Positions 34,481 through 47,666 of a stretch of DNA of 64,000 nucleotides are shown here, piece by piece. The notes below the pieces were generated by a model. The model was not told where the DNA came from, searched no databases, and was given only the letters and a program-made list of their open reading frames with translations. The stretch's first letter is position 1. Each line of letters begins with the position of its first letter. The position numbers and the translations under genes were made by a program. The DNA comes from Podarcis filfolensis (Eukaryota), in assembly GCA_964270895.1 (NCBI GenBank), contig OZ185435.1; one strand, given 5' to 3'.

Positions 34481-37400
34481 CTTTCAGAAAGCAGCACAGA
34501 TGCATGAAGCGGAACAAGCTGTCACTGTACACTGAGTTCCACTGCTACCCCCAAAGGGGAAGGGAGTGAGTCTGCTGATAGTCAGGACGCTCTCTTTCTG
34601 TCCTCCAGTGATGGGGAGGCTGAGGCATGATCACTGCTGGGGCACTCAAGTGGCACCACTCTCTTAACTCCTCACAAGCAAACACATGGAGACCCTGAGA
34701 CAATATCCTCCAGTCATTGCTGTCTTCTTGGGCCACCCTTTACTCTCGGCGGGCTGTTTTCCTATTGCTAAAGGATCTTTTCCACACCCCATTCTATGCG
34801 GCCTAGAAGGAGAACAGTGGCTTTGGGCTTTTAATTTCAGCAGCCCCTTGTGTGACCCCAACATTCAGCACCCCTCCACATCTCACTTTCCATTGTTTGT
34901 CATTGTTGCAGCACCCCCTGTAGTGCCCTCTCGGCTCAGCACTCAGTGTGGGCAAACCAGTTGCACTCCCCTACATCTGCCTCTGAGGCGGAGCAGCAAA
35001 AAGACCAGGACGGATGTGCCTGACGTTTCCTCTGTGGGGCTGAAATCCTACTTTTTCCAGGAGTTTCCTCTAACCTTGCATGTTCTACGACAAACAGGCA
35101 GCAGGTGAAGGAGTTTCTGGGGTGAAGCTAAAGCCATAAGGATACTGCACCCAATGTGCCCTGCTGGGGTGACAATCCCACTCAGTTAGGCCAGAAACCT
35201 CTGTGGCCTTCTAGACACTGTTGGATTCTTAACTCCCTTTTAGCCCCAGACCTCAAGGCCAGTGGTCAGGGATGGTGGGAATTGTAGTCCAAGGACATGT
35301 GGAGAGCCAAAAGTTCCCTTTCCATGCCTTTCAGGATCCACTACATCCTGCATGCTGGGCAATACATGCTTTGCCTTTGGCACATGAGTTGCATCTTTGT
35401 TGCTAGGGTGTGGTGGGTTGAGACCCTTTTCCCATACCCTCGTTTGCTCTGGTTGCAGCTGATCTCAGAATGGGCATCTAAAGCAGAGGGGCTCACTCAC
35501 ATGCCCTTGACTGAGCCAGCAGATGCCTTTGGGTGCACAGGTGGGGTGGGTGTTGCTGCCAGGATGTGTGAGGCAGCCAGTTGGAGGAAGGGAGGAGGGG
35601 GGATTGATGAGGAGAAGTAGGGATGAGGAGGAAATGGAGTGGGGCAACAAGTCCTGTTGGGGTGCTACCAGGCAAGGCTGGCGTATCAGGCAACATGGGG
35701 GAGGATTGGTCATGTGGGATGCCAACAGAGATGGACCAAAATCGCTGGTTGTCCTTTGCAGGAGCCATTCTATTTGCCAATGCCATACACCTGTTGATTG
35801 GGCCCAGGTATGTCTGCATGTGGGAGTGTCCTCCCTGCTCCTGTTTAGTTTTGGGGGTCACCCCCTGAATTTGAACCAGGAACCTCCAACCTGTTAAACA
35901 TGAGCTGTTCTACCTAGCTAGGGCTCCTTCTGCAGTTCTTGCACTCATGGTACCTAGGAACGGGTGTGAGGTCTGGGGGAATGCAAGTGCTGCATCATGG
36001 TTAGGAAGCTGTTCTTTGATGTCTGGGTTTGAGCACCAGGAACTCCCTCTCTGATATATTTTGTTTTAAACCGATAAAAATATACATTCTATGGGTGGAA
36101 CTCAATGTTGCGCTAATACAGTTGTTCCATCAGTGCAAGCATTGCTGCTTGCCAGACAGAATAAGCTTCCCTCCCCGCCTCCTGCTCTGCCAATTTGGGG
36201 TGGGGGTCAGCAGGGGGTGAAGAAGAAACCTCATGGCACTAGTGGGACTCATTGGCTTGGCTCCTGCTGGCACAGCTGTTTAGTTGAATCTGGCCATAAG
36301 TGTCTCCCAGGAATAATCTATGCAACAAACAAGAGACCCAAGTAGTGTAATCCAAATGGTATCAGTATATTTCCTAATACAAATATACATCCATATGTAC
36401 TTGTGGAGTGAATACTGACAGTTCATATGTCTTATAGAAGCAGAGTTGGTGACAAGATGACACAGTGAGCTTGAAGAAGTGCACCTGATATAACTTTCTT
36501 GCAAAACTAGTGCTTAGTAGTAATTCAAGCTGGATTTTGACAAAGAACTTTCTGCCAAGGAATTAGAAGCTGTCAATTATTCACAGGGGTGTCATTGAAA
36601 CAGACTTTTTAGCCATGTTCTGTAGTGAGGAGTCATAGTATTAATTTAGTTAGACTCTTTTACGTGGTCGTATGCCTGCATTAGGTAAAATACAGATGCA
36701 ATCTGGATATACTATTTGGTTGTTATATACAGTAGATTTGCTTTTAAAACAAGGCATGCTAAAGCTGAGTGGGGATATGTTGCTCCCTTCCCCTTGCTGG
36801 GGCTCAAAATCCCTTCTGGTTCCCAAACTTTTGCCCTTTAGAGTGAGCCCGCAGAAGGATGCTCTGGGGTATGCCTGGATCACCATGAGCCCTTTGGCTC
36901 CCTTGTGTCCAGATGAACAGTGGATGTCATTGCTGGCACAGTCCCTGACTGGTATATTGTGCTAGTGTTTCCAGCAATGCTGGCGACATGCCTGTTGTTC
37001 TCCCACTGGTTTCTATTTCCTTTTTTAGTATTTCCCCCTACACTTCTCAGGCAGAGTGCATGTAGGATTCAGTGACTGGTCCAACAGCACAGCAACAGGC
37101 TTGGCATGAGGTAAGTTTATGTCAGGGACTGGCAGGGCTCTGGTGAGTGTGTGGTGGAGGCAGGAGGCCCAGGGATTAATCCAGGAGAGGAAACCAGAGA
37201 TTTATGAGGTTTGGGCTGGCCACGAGGCAGGACCCAGGACGGGCGGGGGAAGAGGAATAGAGATGGGCACGCAGGACATGTTGGAGGAAGAGTCTGTTCA
37301 AGCAAGGTAGGGGCCAGCTGAATCCCCACCACCCCCTGCTCTGCTGCCTCCTAGAACCAGGAGAGGCTTGAAGAGGGAACAGCAGTGGCAGCTTCTGTGT

Positions 37401-37879
37401 AGGAGAAGCCTCAGGCTGCTCACCCCCCCCCCATCAGATGAGGGTACATAAGCTGGGCTGGGGGGGTGTCCCACTGTTGCTGTAACTGCTCCACACGGCA
37501 CAGACCTGGGGACAGATGCCTAGAGGTGAGAAGCATGTGTGCATGTGCATCCAGGGCACAGTGGGAGTTGCTGTAAGTGCATGTGCCTTCCTTGGCTAGG
37601 GGTGCCTAAGACAGTACAGGATTGCTTAGCCCAGGCCTTTCGACATTATTGTGTCTGTTTGCATAAGAAAAAAACGGCTGCTGCCTGGGAGCTGAACATC
37701 TTTTGGAAAGCGGAGTGTCTGTTTCAATTTCCCAATTGTTAAACCACAAGATTCAGAAGCTGCAGGAGAAATTCTTTCCCCCATCCCCATCTATTGCAGG
37801 GGTGCAGAATTGGATCTGCCCAACGGGCCAGATTCTGAACTCCCCCACCCACCACGGGCCACTGTGACGGTGGGGACCT

Positions 37880-37907
37880 ATCAATCAATCAATCAATCAA
37901 TCAATCA
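37880..37907. repeat. (TCAA)n microsatellite, about 7 units
   Basis: Read directly from the sequence. Confidence 0.95.
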
Positions 37908-38562
37908 CTACATTGGGTGATAAAGCTTCAAATGAAATAAGTGAGAGTATTCCTGGTTCTTCCTCTCCTCCTTTGCTGATGTGGTTTGATTTCAAGCCAC
38001 ATTCAAAGGAAGATTTTTGAAATCTAGCTGTGGATGCAAGGAAGAACATTCAGGGTAACAGAGAAAAAGGCACCAAATTCGAAAAGTGCTGACTTTTGGC
38101 TCCAAAGGACAAATGAAGAACATGCTTTGAGTGCTCTCCCAGTTCTTCCTTTTAGCCACAGCTTGAAGTTTCCCACTCCTGTCTTCATGACATCAGGTCA
38201 GGGAAAGGTAGGTGTGGTTTCCCAAAATGGCCTTGTAGGCCAACCTCTAAACGTAGTAGGCATAATTAGGCCCATGGGCTAGATGTTCCCCACCAGTGAT
38301 CTGTTGCAATGACAAATTCAGGTGATCGGGTAATGCCCACGACAAGTGACTTGGGCTCCCCCACCCCAGGCATCCTGTGTTCTTTTGAAAGCGGGGCACC
38401 AATTGCTCCAACAGCCTTTCTGTACAAACAGTGCAAATCCAGCTACATGCCCCATTTATTCCAAAGACAGAGTTATCCAAGTGCTTAAATCTGCCATTAA
38501 AATCAATGGAACAGAAATGCATTTTACATTAGTGGCAAATGCACATCTACAAATTTATCAGA

Positions 38563-38741
38563 AGGAACACAGAAAGTTGCATTATTGCTGCATCTGGTTC
38601 AGTGTTGCTACACTGACTGGCAGCAGCTCTCAAAGGCTTCAGGCAGGGTTCTCTCCTGGCCCCACCTGGAGGTACCTGAAATTGAACCTGAGACTTTTTG
38701 GATGCAAACTGTCTGTTCTGCCACAGAGCTGCAGCTTTTCC
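38563..38741 (-). mobile_element. tRNA-derived SINE (Squam2-like)
   Basis: Reverse complement has a tRNA-like head (AGCTCTGTGGCAGAACAG..GCATCC..CTCAGGTTCAATTTC) and core GAGAGCTGCTGCCAGTCAGTGTAG, shared with 46174-46373. Confidence 0.7.
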
Positions 38742-39223
38742 ACAGATTCCTCTCACATCTCCTTTCTCCTGTGCTGGAGCACACCTCTCTTCGGAAGAGG
38801 ATATTCTTCTGTAGCAAAGCTATTTTATTATTAGCAAGGCTGCCACATCTTCAGGCATTACAATAGGATGGGATACTATGTCCCTGGTGCTGGATTTGGG
38901 CTAGCATGACTTCCACACGCAGACCAAGGACCACATTTCGGTGTTCTGGACAGGCACTGCAGGAGAGGCCTATACTTAGGATGAATACAGATGTCACTTT
39001 TCACAGCAGCAACCCTAAGTGCTTGAACAATGGTGTGAATCTACCCTTGCAACTTGCATTACAGCTGTACTTCTCCTAGAAAGCTGAACATGGGATCAGC
39101 AATCAAGCTTGCTTCTATCCTCACCTTCCAGGGCGACTCAGATGCCATAATAAACCACAGGTATATTGTGATGGGAATGAGCCCACCCCACAGCTCTCCT
39201 CCTCCAGTGTGACAAATTATGAT

Positions 39224-39315
39224 TAATTTTAACTATGGTTTGTTTTTGAAACAAGCCCATTTCAAACTATGGGTTCTGAAGCTAGTCTGTTTCAAGCAAT
39301 CCATAGTTAAAATTA
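39224..39315. repeat. Inverted repeat, probably a MITE core
   Basis: TAATTTTAACTATGGTTTGTTTTTGAAAC versus GTTTCAAGCAATCCATAGTTAAAATTA. Confidence 0.65.
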
Positions 39316-39601
39316 GCCAGTTTAGGGTTAGGATGCAATGCTAAACTAGTTAATTGAAACGGGAAGGAAAAACTTTCAATCTCTTCCTTGAGGCTGCGCT
39401 TGAGGAGGAGGGAATGGAGAGAATGGCTTGTCCCCATCACAATAAACTAAGGTTTATCATGAAGTCCTAATGTAGCCATTGTCTCACAATTTGACTTGTC
39501 ATCAGTTGTCCTTGAGCAGCTGCAATTCTTGCTTGCCTCGACCCAAAGTTAGAGGGGAATCACATCCCAGCACCATCACAAGACGGAAGGGGTTCACTTA
39601 C

Positions 39602-39763
39602 CTTCCTGCCGTATTTTCACAATGCTGCTGACTTTGATTCTTTCCCCATCCCGGAACCATTCGCCTTTCACCTCCTCGAGTGACACCTCACACATGAAGA
39701 CAGCATTCTCGTTCTCTCGCACACGCACATCCTCCAGCTCCCGCACAATCTGAACCTGGCGTT
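39602..39763 (-). CDS. OBSL1: Obscurin-like 1, exon N1 (first half of a split Ig)
   Basis: ERQVQIVRELEDVRVRENENAVFMCEVS...GEWFRDGERIKVSSIVKIRQE. Acceptor CTCTGTAG|AA, donor GAAG|GTAAGT. Confidence 0.94.
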
Positions 39764-40750
39764 CTACAGAGGGGGAGAAAGCCATGAAGTTGGGGCTGAG
39801 GAGCGCCTCCTACTGGGTGCCATATGGGCTTACATGGTCCACAGAGAACACTGCATCTGACCTGTTTCCACCCCTGACCCTGGGACTCCTTCTGGTTATT
39901 ACTGGCCCAGAAAGACTGATCTCATCCAAGCAAACTTCCTTTTCCATGAATGGGCTAATTTGATGAGAATCAGTAAATACATTCTCTCAGACTATAGAAA
40001 AGAGCTGGATTAGACAAAGTGCCTCCCTAGTCCAGCATCTTGCTTCCCACAATGGCCAGTCAAATGCCTTCAACAGCAGCCTCTGATCAGGGATTTTCCA
40101 TTTAGTGCTGCCCTCCTGAACATCTCCCCTTGGATATACCTGCCCGGACCCTTAGGTCATCATTGGAGGCCCTCCTCTTAGTGCCCCCTCCAGTCAAAGC
40201 ACAGAGAAAGGCTGCAGGAGAAAGGGTCTTTCCAGTGGTGGCTCCCTGACTATGGAATGCACTCCCAAGGGAGACCTGCCTGGCAACAACTGAGCCAATC
40301 CGATTTGGAAACTCCCAAGTGGCACAAATCCCATAAGGGCTTGCATGTGGGACCACATTTTTAAAAGTTCCATATGCAAGCCCCACTTGTAGAGGAACAA
40401 TTAGAAATGTGCTTTAAGGCTCCCGGTTGTTCTTTTGCAGCTGCATCTTTACCTGCTGTCACCTAATATCTAGTGTGGGGCAGCTAGCCACGGATGGGGG
40501 AAAACAGCCTCACAAGCCCAATTAGGACCCTGACAGGCCTAATTTGGCATGTGGGCCAGATGTTCCTCATGTTCTGACTTAAAGAATTCACCATTAGTAT
40601 TCACTTCCTCTGTCTTCCTCTACTTGGATCAAAGAGCTTACAAGTGCCTAAGGAGCTTAAGATACTACCAGGGTTTCCTAGTCTCCTAAGGGATATTTAC
40701 ACTCCAGACAAACTGGTTTTACATCAGTTTAATGTTCATAATGTTCATTA

Positions 40751-40848
40751 TTTCCTCCAAAGAATCCTGGGAACTGTAGTTTTGTGAGGTGGATTGAAAT
40801 TCACCTTTCCCATCATAGAACTACAGTACCTGGGGTTCTTTGAGAAAA
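40751..40848. mobile_element. Palindromic MITE core (same family as 11432-11598)
   Basis: TTTCCTCCAAAGAATCCTGGGAACTGTAGTT / AACTACAGTACCTGGGGTTCTTTGAGAAAA. Confidence 0.65.
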
Positions 40849-41719
40849 TGGTTTTTTAAAATCAATTTAAGTCTGTGTAACCCCAGTCATTACTTTTTCT
40901 GGCAGGAGCAGCAGTACTTAACTGGTCACTCAAGGGTCAGGTATGCCTGGAAATTATACTGTCTGAATTGGGGGGGGGGGTCCGACTTCCTCATTCCAGT
41001 TCTGCATGAGAAAGCTGGCTGTCCTTTCTCAGGGACGAAGGACAGCACTCTGTGCTTGCCCAGAGACATCTCCATCATTATTATGGTGTCTTGAATGTCA
41101 AGAGATATCCTGGCATTAAATCAGCTTTCAAAGCTGAGCCCTGCTCAGATTAAAACTTGAGAAGCTAGAGTCCCATCCTCCCCACTAATCCCCTCCAGAC
41201 TTTCCTGCACAGCTTGCTTTCTACCGCAGAGCTGGGAGACATCATCACCCAACGAGTCATTCCACTTCCAGCCCAGTTCCTAGTCCTAAAAAGGGATATC
41301 TATGCTTTTAAAGCAACCTTGACATGAGGCTGTCAAATGTTTTCTTGAAGGCTTTTAAGGAAGTAAGATTCCTCTCCTGGGCATGCTCTTCCATTGCTGA
41401 AATGCTATTATAAGTTAGAAAGATTTCCTTTCAAACCCAGCACTGAATGTTTACCCTTCAGGACGGCTTCCTGTACAAGCTGTACAAGCTTCAGGAACAA
41501 GACTCTGAGTCACCACGGTGTAGCCGATCCCAAGTCTACCTCCAAGGCACAAGAGAGGCAGTGCCAGGAAGATGCTGCAGGGGGGTGAGTCGACAGCATA
41601 TGGCAAAAGGGAACAGCAGACAACCCCCCACCCAGAGAATGAGGAGTTAAAGGGCGCTTTGTATAGCCCAACCCTCTTCCTCGACCTCTGATCCCATATG
41701 CAGCCCAGGCCATTCATAC

Positions 41720-41873
41720 CAAAGACCCTCAGTTTGGCAGAGGCACGGCAGTCACCAGCATCGCATGTGTACTCGCCCGCGTCTTCAAGGCCGCAGTGGC
41801 TGAGCTGTAGGAGGCGCCGGCGTCCCACTGAATACATGCGGCAGTTTTGCCCTGTCTGGATCTCTTCCCCATC
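41720..41873 (-). CDS. OBSL1: Obscurin-like 1, exon M2 (second half of a split Ig)
   Basis: DGEEIQTGQNCRMYSVGRRRLLQLSHCGLEDAGEYTCDAGDCRASAKLRVF. Acceptor GCCCTAG|GAT (phase 0), donor TTTG|GTATGA. Confidence 0.93.
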
Positions 41874-42139
41874 CTAGGGCAGCCGGGGACACAGAAAAGA
41901 GAGGCTGGTTAAGGGCTGAGCAAGGCAGCGAGAAGGAGAATGCCAGAGAGCAGGGGATTGGGTGCTGCTCTCGGGTTCGCTAAGGGCACAGTGGGGAGAT
42001 GTGGAAGCGGGCATCGCAGAAGCACTGGCTCACCCTGCCACAAGCCACGCTCTTTGGAAGGAAAACCACTGCTCTTGGGAGCTCCGGGGAGATCCAGGAG
42101 AGTAAAAGGAGGGGGCAACGCTAGAGATAGCACCCTCAC

Positions 42140-42252
42140 CTTGTACCATTTCACCTCAGCCAGGGGCCGGGACAGCTCACACTCAAAGGTGGCTGAGCCT
42201 GTCTCAGGGATGCCCATATCCTGGGGAAAGCGCAGCATAGTAACTGGCGGCT
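42140..42252 (-). CDS. OBSL1: Obscurin-like 1, exon M1 (first half of a split Ig)
   Basis: EPPVTMLRFPQDMGIPETGSATFECELSRPLAEVKWYK. Acceptor CCCTGCAG|AG, donor AAG|GTGAGG. Confidence 0.93.
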
Positions 42253-42513
42253 CTGCAGGGACAGAGACAAAGGCGGGTGCAGGTGGCACAAAGATGCATC
42301 GACTCGGAGACGGAAAAGATCAATGAGACAGCATAACGCTCTGCTTAGTCAAGGCAGGGCACTCCCTGCAGCCCTTACCCAAGTTCAGTGTGGAAGGCAC
42401 ACACTCGCCCAGCTTCCTTACCTCTTGCCTTCACCACTCCCAACCTGACCCCACGGTTAGGTGCTTCGCACTTGACACAGCCCTGCAGAAATAAGGAGCT
42501 TTGGACATTGCTC

Positions 42514-42820
42514 CATAGGAACATGTAAGAAGAGACCTGCTGGATCAGATGGCAAAGGCTTATCTTGCCAGCCCCCCACCTCCCACATTGACCAACCAGA
42601 TGCCTCTGGGAAGCCCAGAAGCAGGACATGAGGGCAACCATCCTCTCCTGCTGCCATTCCCAGCAACTGATATTCAGAGGCAAGGTGCCTCCGATGCTGG
42701 AGGCAGTACACAGCCTTCATGACCAGAAGCCACTGATAGCCTCACCCCAGGTGAGCTTGCCATTTTAATGCTATCTAAGCTAGTAGTGATCACCACATAT
42801 TGTGCCAGCAAATTCCGTAA
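42514..42820 (-). mobile_element. CR1-type 3' end fragment
   Basis: CATAGGAACATGTAAGAAGAGACCTGCTGGATCAG...CAGATGCCTCTGGGAAGCCC, same family as 20110 and 60488. Confidence 0.7.
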
Positions 42821-43560
42821 GTATCAACTGAGAAGTTTAGTGTAACTGCAAGTGCTGTACTAAGTGTAAAGCAGCTCAAAGCAGTGTCAGGCTGAGTGTC
42901 TTGTAGGACTAGTGAAGGGATGGGAAATCTCAGGCCCTTGAGGCTCTCTTCAGGCCACCCACCCACCCCTGCCACATCTCTCACAGGCCCTGCTTGGCAC
43001 CTTCCTTGAATGTTCTTGTTTTGGCTGGAATGTGCCCTTGAGAACTCTGATAATACCTTTTGTTTGCCTGGATGGAGGATAGAAAGGGGTGCGTGAGTAT
43101 GTACAGAAACTGGCCCATCATGCAGAGGCACAAGTAACATTAACTGCTCTGCCCATCTTTTTCCCTGGCTCCACCCACCACTGGCATGTGACCACCACCC
43201 CAAGAAGGCTACCCAGCACAGAATGCGCATGGCTGAATGGAAATGATGCCCCATCCCTGAACTAGTGCTTGTTGTGGTCAATGCATGTGAAGGGGAGAGA
43301 TGCGCATCTCCTAAAACACAGTGGATGTGCCCTGGGGGCGGGGGGAGCTACAGCCCAAAGAATGTATTTGCTGCTTGCAGAAGAGAGTATTAAACACAGC
43401 ATTCTATGTGAGCTGGCACTTCTGTGTTGGTGCTGAGGATAGTGGCATTGGATGCATTTTGTTTCTGCTTTGCTCAGCTACTGAAGAGCCCAGACCCAGG
43501 GGCCCAACTGGGCAGCAGGAAGTATCATTACTGCGGTTCCAATCCCAGACAGCTGCACGT

Positions 43561-43616
43561 GGGAAGGAAGGAAGGAAGGGAGGGAGGGAGGGAGGGAGGG
43601 AGGGAGGGAGGAAGGG
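43561..43616. repeat. (GGAA)/(GGGA)n purine microsatellite
   Basis: Read directly from the sequence. Confidence 0.9.
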
Positions 43617-43785
43617 GCATGTACAGGACTTTCCTCACCTCAGGGCCATTCCAGGCACTATCCCCATTCGCATCTCCTTCTCACTGCTTCCCCTTGACTG
43701 CCCATCCCTGCTGAATGTATTAGGTGGGGCTCATCTAGCACAAGACAATTCTGCCCTTTGCACATGGACTGCCTTGCCCCAGTAC

Positions 43786-44052
43786 CTTGGACAGTAAGGC
43801 GGGCACTACTTCGCACGGTGTCAGCGGTGAAGGCCACGGTCCCTGAGTCGTCCAGCGTGAGCCCCAGCAGTGTCAGGCTGTGCACAAAGCCTGTGGCACT
43901 CACTCGGCAGGTGGAGCCTGGCTTCACACGGATGCCATCGCGTGTCCAGACCCCGGCCACGTTGGCATGGGACAGCTCCAGCTCAAACGTCACGGTCTCC
44001 TTTTCAAAAGTCTCCACATCCGACAGAGGCTTCCTCACCGTCACCCTCCGGG
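43786..44052 (-). CDS. OBSL1: Obscurin-like 1, Ig exon L
   Basis: PRRVTVRKPLSDVETFEKETVTFELELS...DDSGTVAFTADTVRSSARLTVQ. Acceptor ACTTTAG|CC, donor CAAG|GTACTG. Confidence 0.94.
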
Positions 44053-44811
44053 CTAAAGTAGTGGGGAAAGAAGGTTAAGAGATTAGTGCAAGTTCCATTT
44101 TGGTTTTGTCAAGAAAGCAGCCTCCTCCCCAAGAACAGTGGCAGCTGGCTAGGAATGTTATTGATGTATTGCATTAATTCAAATGCATTTCTAAACTGCT
44201 TAATTTTAAAAACAACAACTAAGTGGTGCACACTACATACAATATAAAAATTAAAACAAAACTACAGCCTAAAATCAATAAAACGGTATTTAAAAAACAT
44301 ATAAAACAGATTCAGGGGATTCATACACAAGGTGGGCTCCAATCTTATGAGTTTGCCTGGACCAAAAGGTTAAGTCCTTACAAGTCATCCTAAGCAACTG
44401 ATGGTTGCTGCTTCACATATGGCAAAGGTAAGGATATTTCACAGCACGGGGGCAAGAGCTGAAAATGCCTGTTTTCAGGTATGTAGAGTTTTGTGTCTGT
44501 GACACAAAACAAACCTCCTCTAACAGAGGTACATGCAGTGGAGCCTCCTCTGAAGATCTTAAGGTATGGCAGGTTGGTAGGAGGAGGGATGCTTCTTCAG
44601 ATATTTGGGTCTGAAGCCGTTTAGGACATTAAAGGTAAGCTCCTTGTATTGGGCTCAGAAACGAATAGGCAACCAATGTAACTCCTTCAGCAGCAGTGAA
44701 TTATGGTTCTATCTGGCTGCACCAGTTAAAATTGTGGCAGCCACAGATAACCTACAGCCAAGATCAGAGAGACAAAAAGGGATGGGGAAGAAGTCAGAGG
44801 TTGGCACCTAC

Positions 44812-45078
44812 GTTCCACACTCAGCCTGGCTTGGGTGCGGTCATGCAGGCTCTCACAGCGGTAGGTGCCTCGATCTGCAAGCTCAATGTTGTGGATGGTA
44901 AGGGTCCGCTGAGACCCACATGCCTCCATGGAGTATTTGGTGTTCTGCTGCAGAAGGATGCCTTGCTTCATCCATTGCACTTCTGCACTCTCCAAGCTCA
45001 GCTCCACTTCCAAGCAGACGTCTTGCCCTTCCTCAGCCATCAAGTCACGCAGTGTCTGCACAAATATCACCTGAGCCT
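44812..45078 (-). CDS. OBSL1: Obscurin-like 1, Ig exon K
   Basis: EAQVIFVQTLRDLMAEEGQDVCLEVELS...ADRGTYRCESLHDRTQARLSVE. Acceptor CCTGCAG|AG, donor GAAC|GTAGGT. Confidence 0.95.
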
Positions 45079-45691
45079 CTGCAGGAAGAAGCCAAAGATT
45101 GGTCAACTACAGTTTCATATCCTATCCCGGCATGTTACCAGGCCATGCCCCCTGCCTCTCTATCAGGAGAGAACCATGAATCTGTAAGCACCAAATTCTA
45201 ACCATCAAGGTCCAGGTGTATTTGACATGCTGGTTGGAACAGAATTTGGTACTGGCTACAGAATCCTGTACCCTGAGAATCTCAGCTTTCGCTTCTTGAA
45301 AGTGCAAGGACCTGTAGAGCTACAGGGGATTTTTTTAAAAAAATCAATTGTGCAGCAGCAGGCAAAATCTCATAAGACAAGGGGTGAGGGTGAGGTTTAG
45401 CAGAACTTCCAACAAAGCTTCTATTGCGAGCCCTGCAGGGCTAAAGAAGCAAACTATATCATGCCAAATAAGCAAAGACGGGCAATCGTTCTTAATTTGT
45501 TTACTTTATTCAGATAGCAGAATTTGCATTTCCTTAATTCACAATTCAAAAGCAGGGTGGGGCATATGATAGATAGGGTAAATACAAGTGTCCCTACTCC
45601 TGCTGACTGCCAATATGTGCCACCGCCCGGCTACTTAGATGCTCCTTTGATCCATCCCAAAACCACACGCTAGCATCGCCTTTCTTCTTAC

Positions 45692-45961
45692 CTTGCACAC
45701 TGAGCCTGGCTGAACTCACCAGACCTTCTGCGTGGACAGTGACTATGCCAGTATCACTCAGCCGGCACTGCTGTATGGTGAGGGTGTGGCACAGCCCAAC
45801 CCTGGTGGTGGCGAACCGCTCACTGGGCACTATATCTTGGCCATGGTGCTGCCACTTGAGAGCCACGTCATCTGGAGACACCACAGCCTTGAAGGTGGCA
45901 TCATCCCCCTCCAGCACAGTTAAGTTGTGGAGCTCGGAAATGATTTCCACTGATCTAGGGA
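45692..45961 (-). CDS. OBSL1: Obscurin-like 1, Ig exon J
   Basis: IPRSVEIISELHNLTVLEGDDATFKAVVSP...SSARLSVQ. The in-frame acceptor is TTCCCCAG|TC at 45962/45961; the nearer CCTAG at 45955 is out of frame. Donor CAAG|GTAAGA. Confidence 0.92.
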
Positions 45962-46173
45962 CTGGGGAAGAAAGTGCTTAGAGTCAGGGATGGCTAGGCC
46001 TGTGCTGGGGGGCCCCTGGCTACCCTAGCAGCCTATTGATACACAGTATCTTTGCAGTCCAGTGGGGGTATCCCAGCACCCAGCCCTCATAGCAGTGGCC
46101 CACAATAAAAATGTATGTAGGATTATGGACACAGGTTATTGGAACCAGAGCAAGTTGTTCCACGGGAAATAAT

Positions 46174-46373
46174 ATAGGTAGCTGCCTTATATTGAGTCAG
46201 ACCATTGGTACATCCCGTTCAGAACTGTCTACACTGACTGGCAGCAGCTCTCCAGAAATCTGAAAGGCGTCTTTCCCCATTGCAGTCCTATCTGGAGGTG
46301 CTGGGGATGGAATGTGGGACATTTGGCATGCAAAACATTGAATGCAAAACCACTGAGCTCAGGCCCTTTCCCC
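46174..46373 (-). mobile_element. tRNA-derived SINE (Squam2-like), full length
   Basis: Reverse complement begins GGGGAAAGGGCCTGAGCTCAGTGG, contains GAGAGCTGCTGCCAGTCAGTGTAGACAG and ends CTGACTCAATATAAGGCAGCTACCTAT. Confidence 0.8.
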
Positions 46374-46384
46374 AAAGGACTCAC

Positions 46385-46651
46385 TCTGCACTGTGAGGAT
46401 GGCTAGGGTGCGGTCATCCTTGCTTTCACACGAGTATTCACCAGCATCCTCAGGTCCTACGTGTCTCAGGGTCAAGGAACGTTCCCGCCCCTCTGCTCGG
46501 ATCTCCTGGTGTTCATTGGCTTCCAGCTCCTGCCCATCTTTCAGCCACAGGACATCACCTTTGGTTTTGCACAGCTCACACCAGAACAACACCGTCTCCC
46601 CCTGCAGTGCCAGCACATCTGAGAGACCCCGAACAAACTTCACTGGCAGCT
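46385..46651 (-). CDS. OBSL1: Obscurin-like 1, Ig exon I
   Basis: ELPVKFVRGLSDVLALQGETVLFWCELC...EDAGEYSCESKDDRTLAILTVQ. Acceptor CTCCTCAG|AG, donor CAGA|GTGAGT. Confidence 0.92.
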
Positions 46652-47666
46652 CTGAGGAGGGCAAGGAATAGTACCACTGAGGTGAGAAGGCAAAAGGCAG
46701 AACACTTGCTGTCTTACATACTGTGAGTAGTGGTGGTTGTCTGGAAACCTGCAGAAAATCCTGATCATGCAGCAACTCAAATCTTTTGCAGAAGCCCAAG
46801 ACCCACAATTCTTTCTAAATTTCCAACCTTCATGAAAACAAATAAATATTTGAGGACATAATTTTCTGAAGAAACCCAAAAGATTGAGGAACAGCTTTCA
46901 CTAAGTTCAGAAGGAAAGGCTTCTGAAGTAGCACTCTTCACTCACTCTTAACTCTTCCAAATTGCTGAATAAATAAGGAACTTATGTGAACACATGCAAA
47001 CATGCATTATTTATGCCAGTCACAGAATTTGAGCACAGGGAACTGGACTCCCTGCTTTCCAATCTTGGCTACAAAAGGGCTGGACTGTTCCAAGCTCTAC
47101 ACCAAGCCAAAAATGCCAGTTGCTGAACCAAGGAACAGAAAATCTTGTGTAAATATAATATGGCAGATAAGTGATTTTAGTTTTTTATGTAGAAAGTACA
47201 AGCTGCTTTCATAAAAGTGGTGGCAGGGGTTGGAGAAAAAAATAAAAATCCTGTATATATGAAGTTGCCTTATAGTATACAGTACCCACCCGCCATTGAA
47301 GCCAAAGTGTTTTGACTATACACGCTTTTAGCTTTAAGTGCCATCTCCAGAAAGTAACCCCTGTATAAGTTGTGGGTTTACTGTACTGAGTCAGGCCAGC
47401 ATTGTTTCCTCTGTTTAACAAACCAAAGACTCCTTCACTAGCTTTCCTAGGCCTCCACCCTAGAATCCCTTTAACTGGAGATGCCAAGGACAGAGTCAAA
47501 GAATGCTGGACATGCAAACCCCACGCTCCACCACTGGGCTCGGGCCCCTTCAAAGCAAAGTCAACTCCACAATTGCTAAAGTGCAAACCCAGATTAGGGG
47601 GATCAAAGTGGGGATCCAAAGAAGAGACATAAGAATGCAGAAGAGGCCTGTGTTGCTACTTATTGT

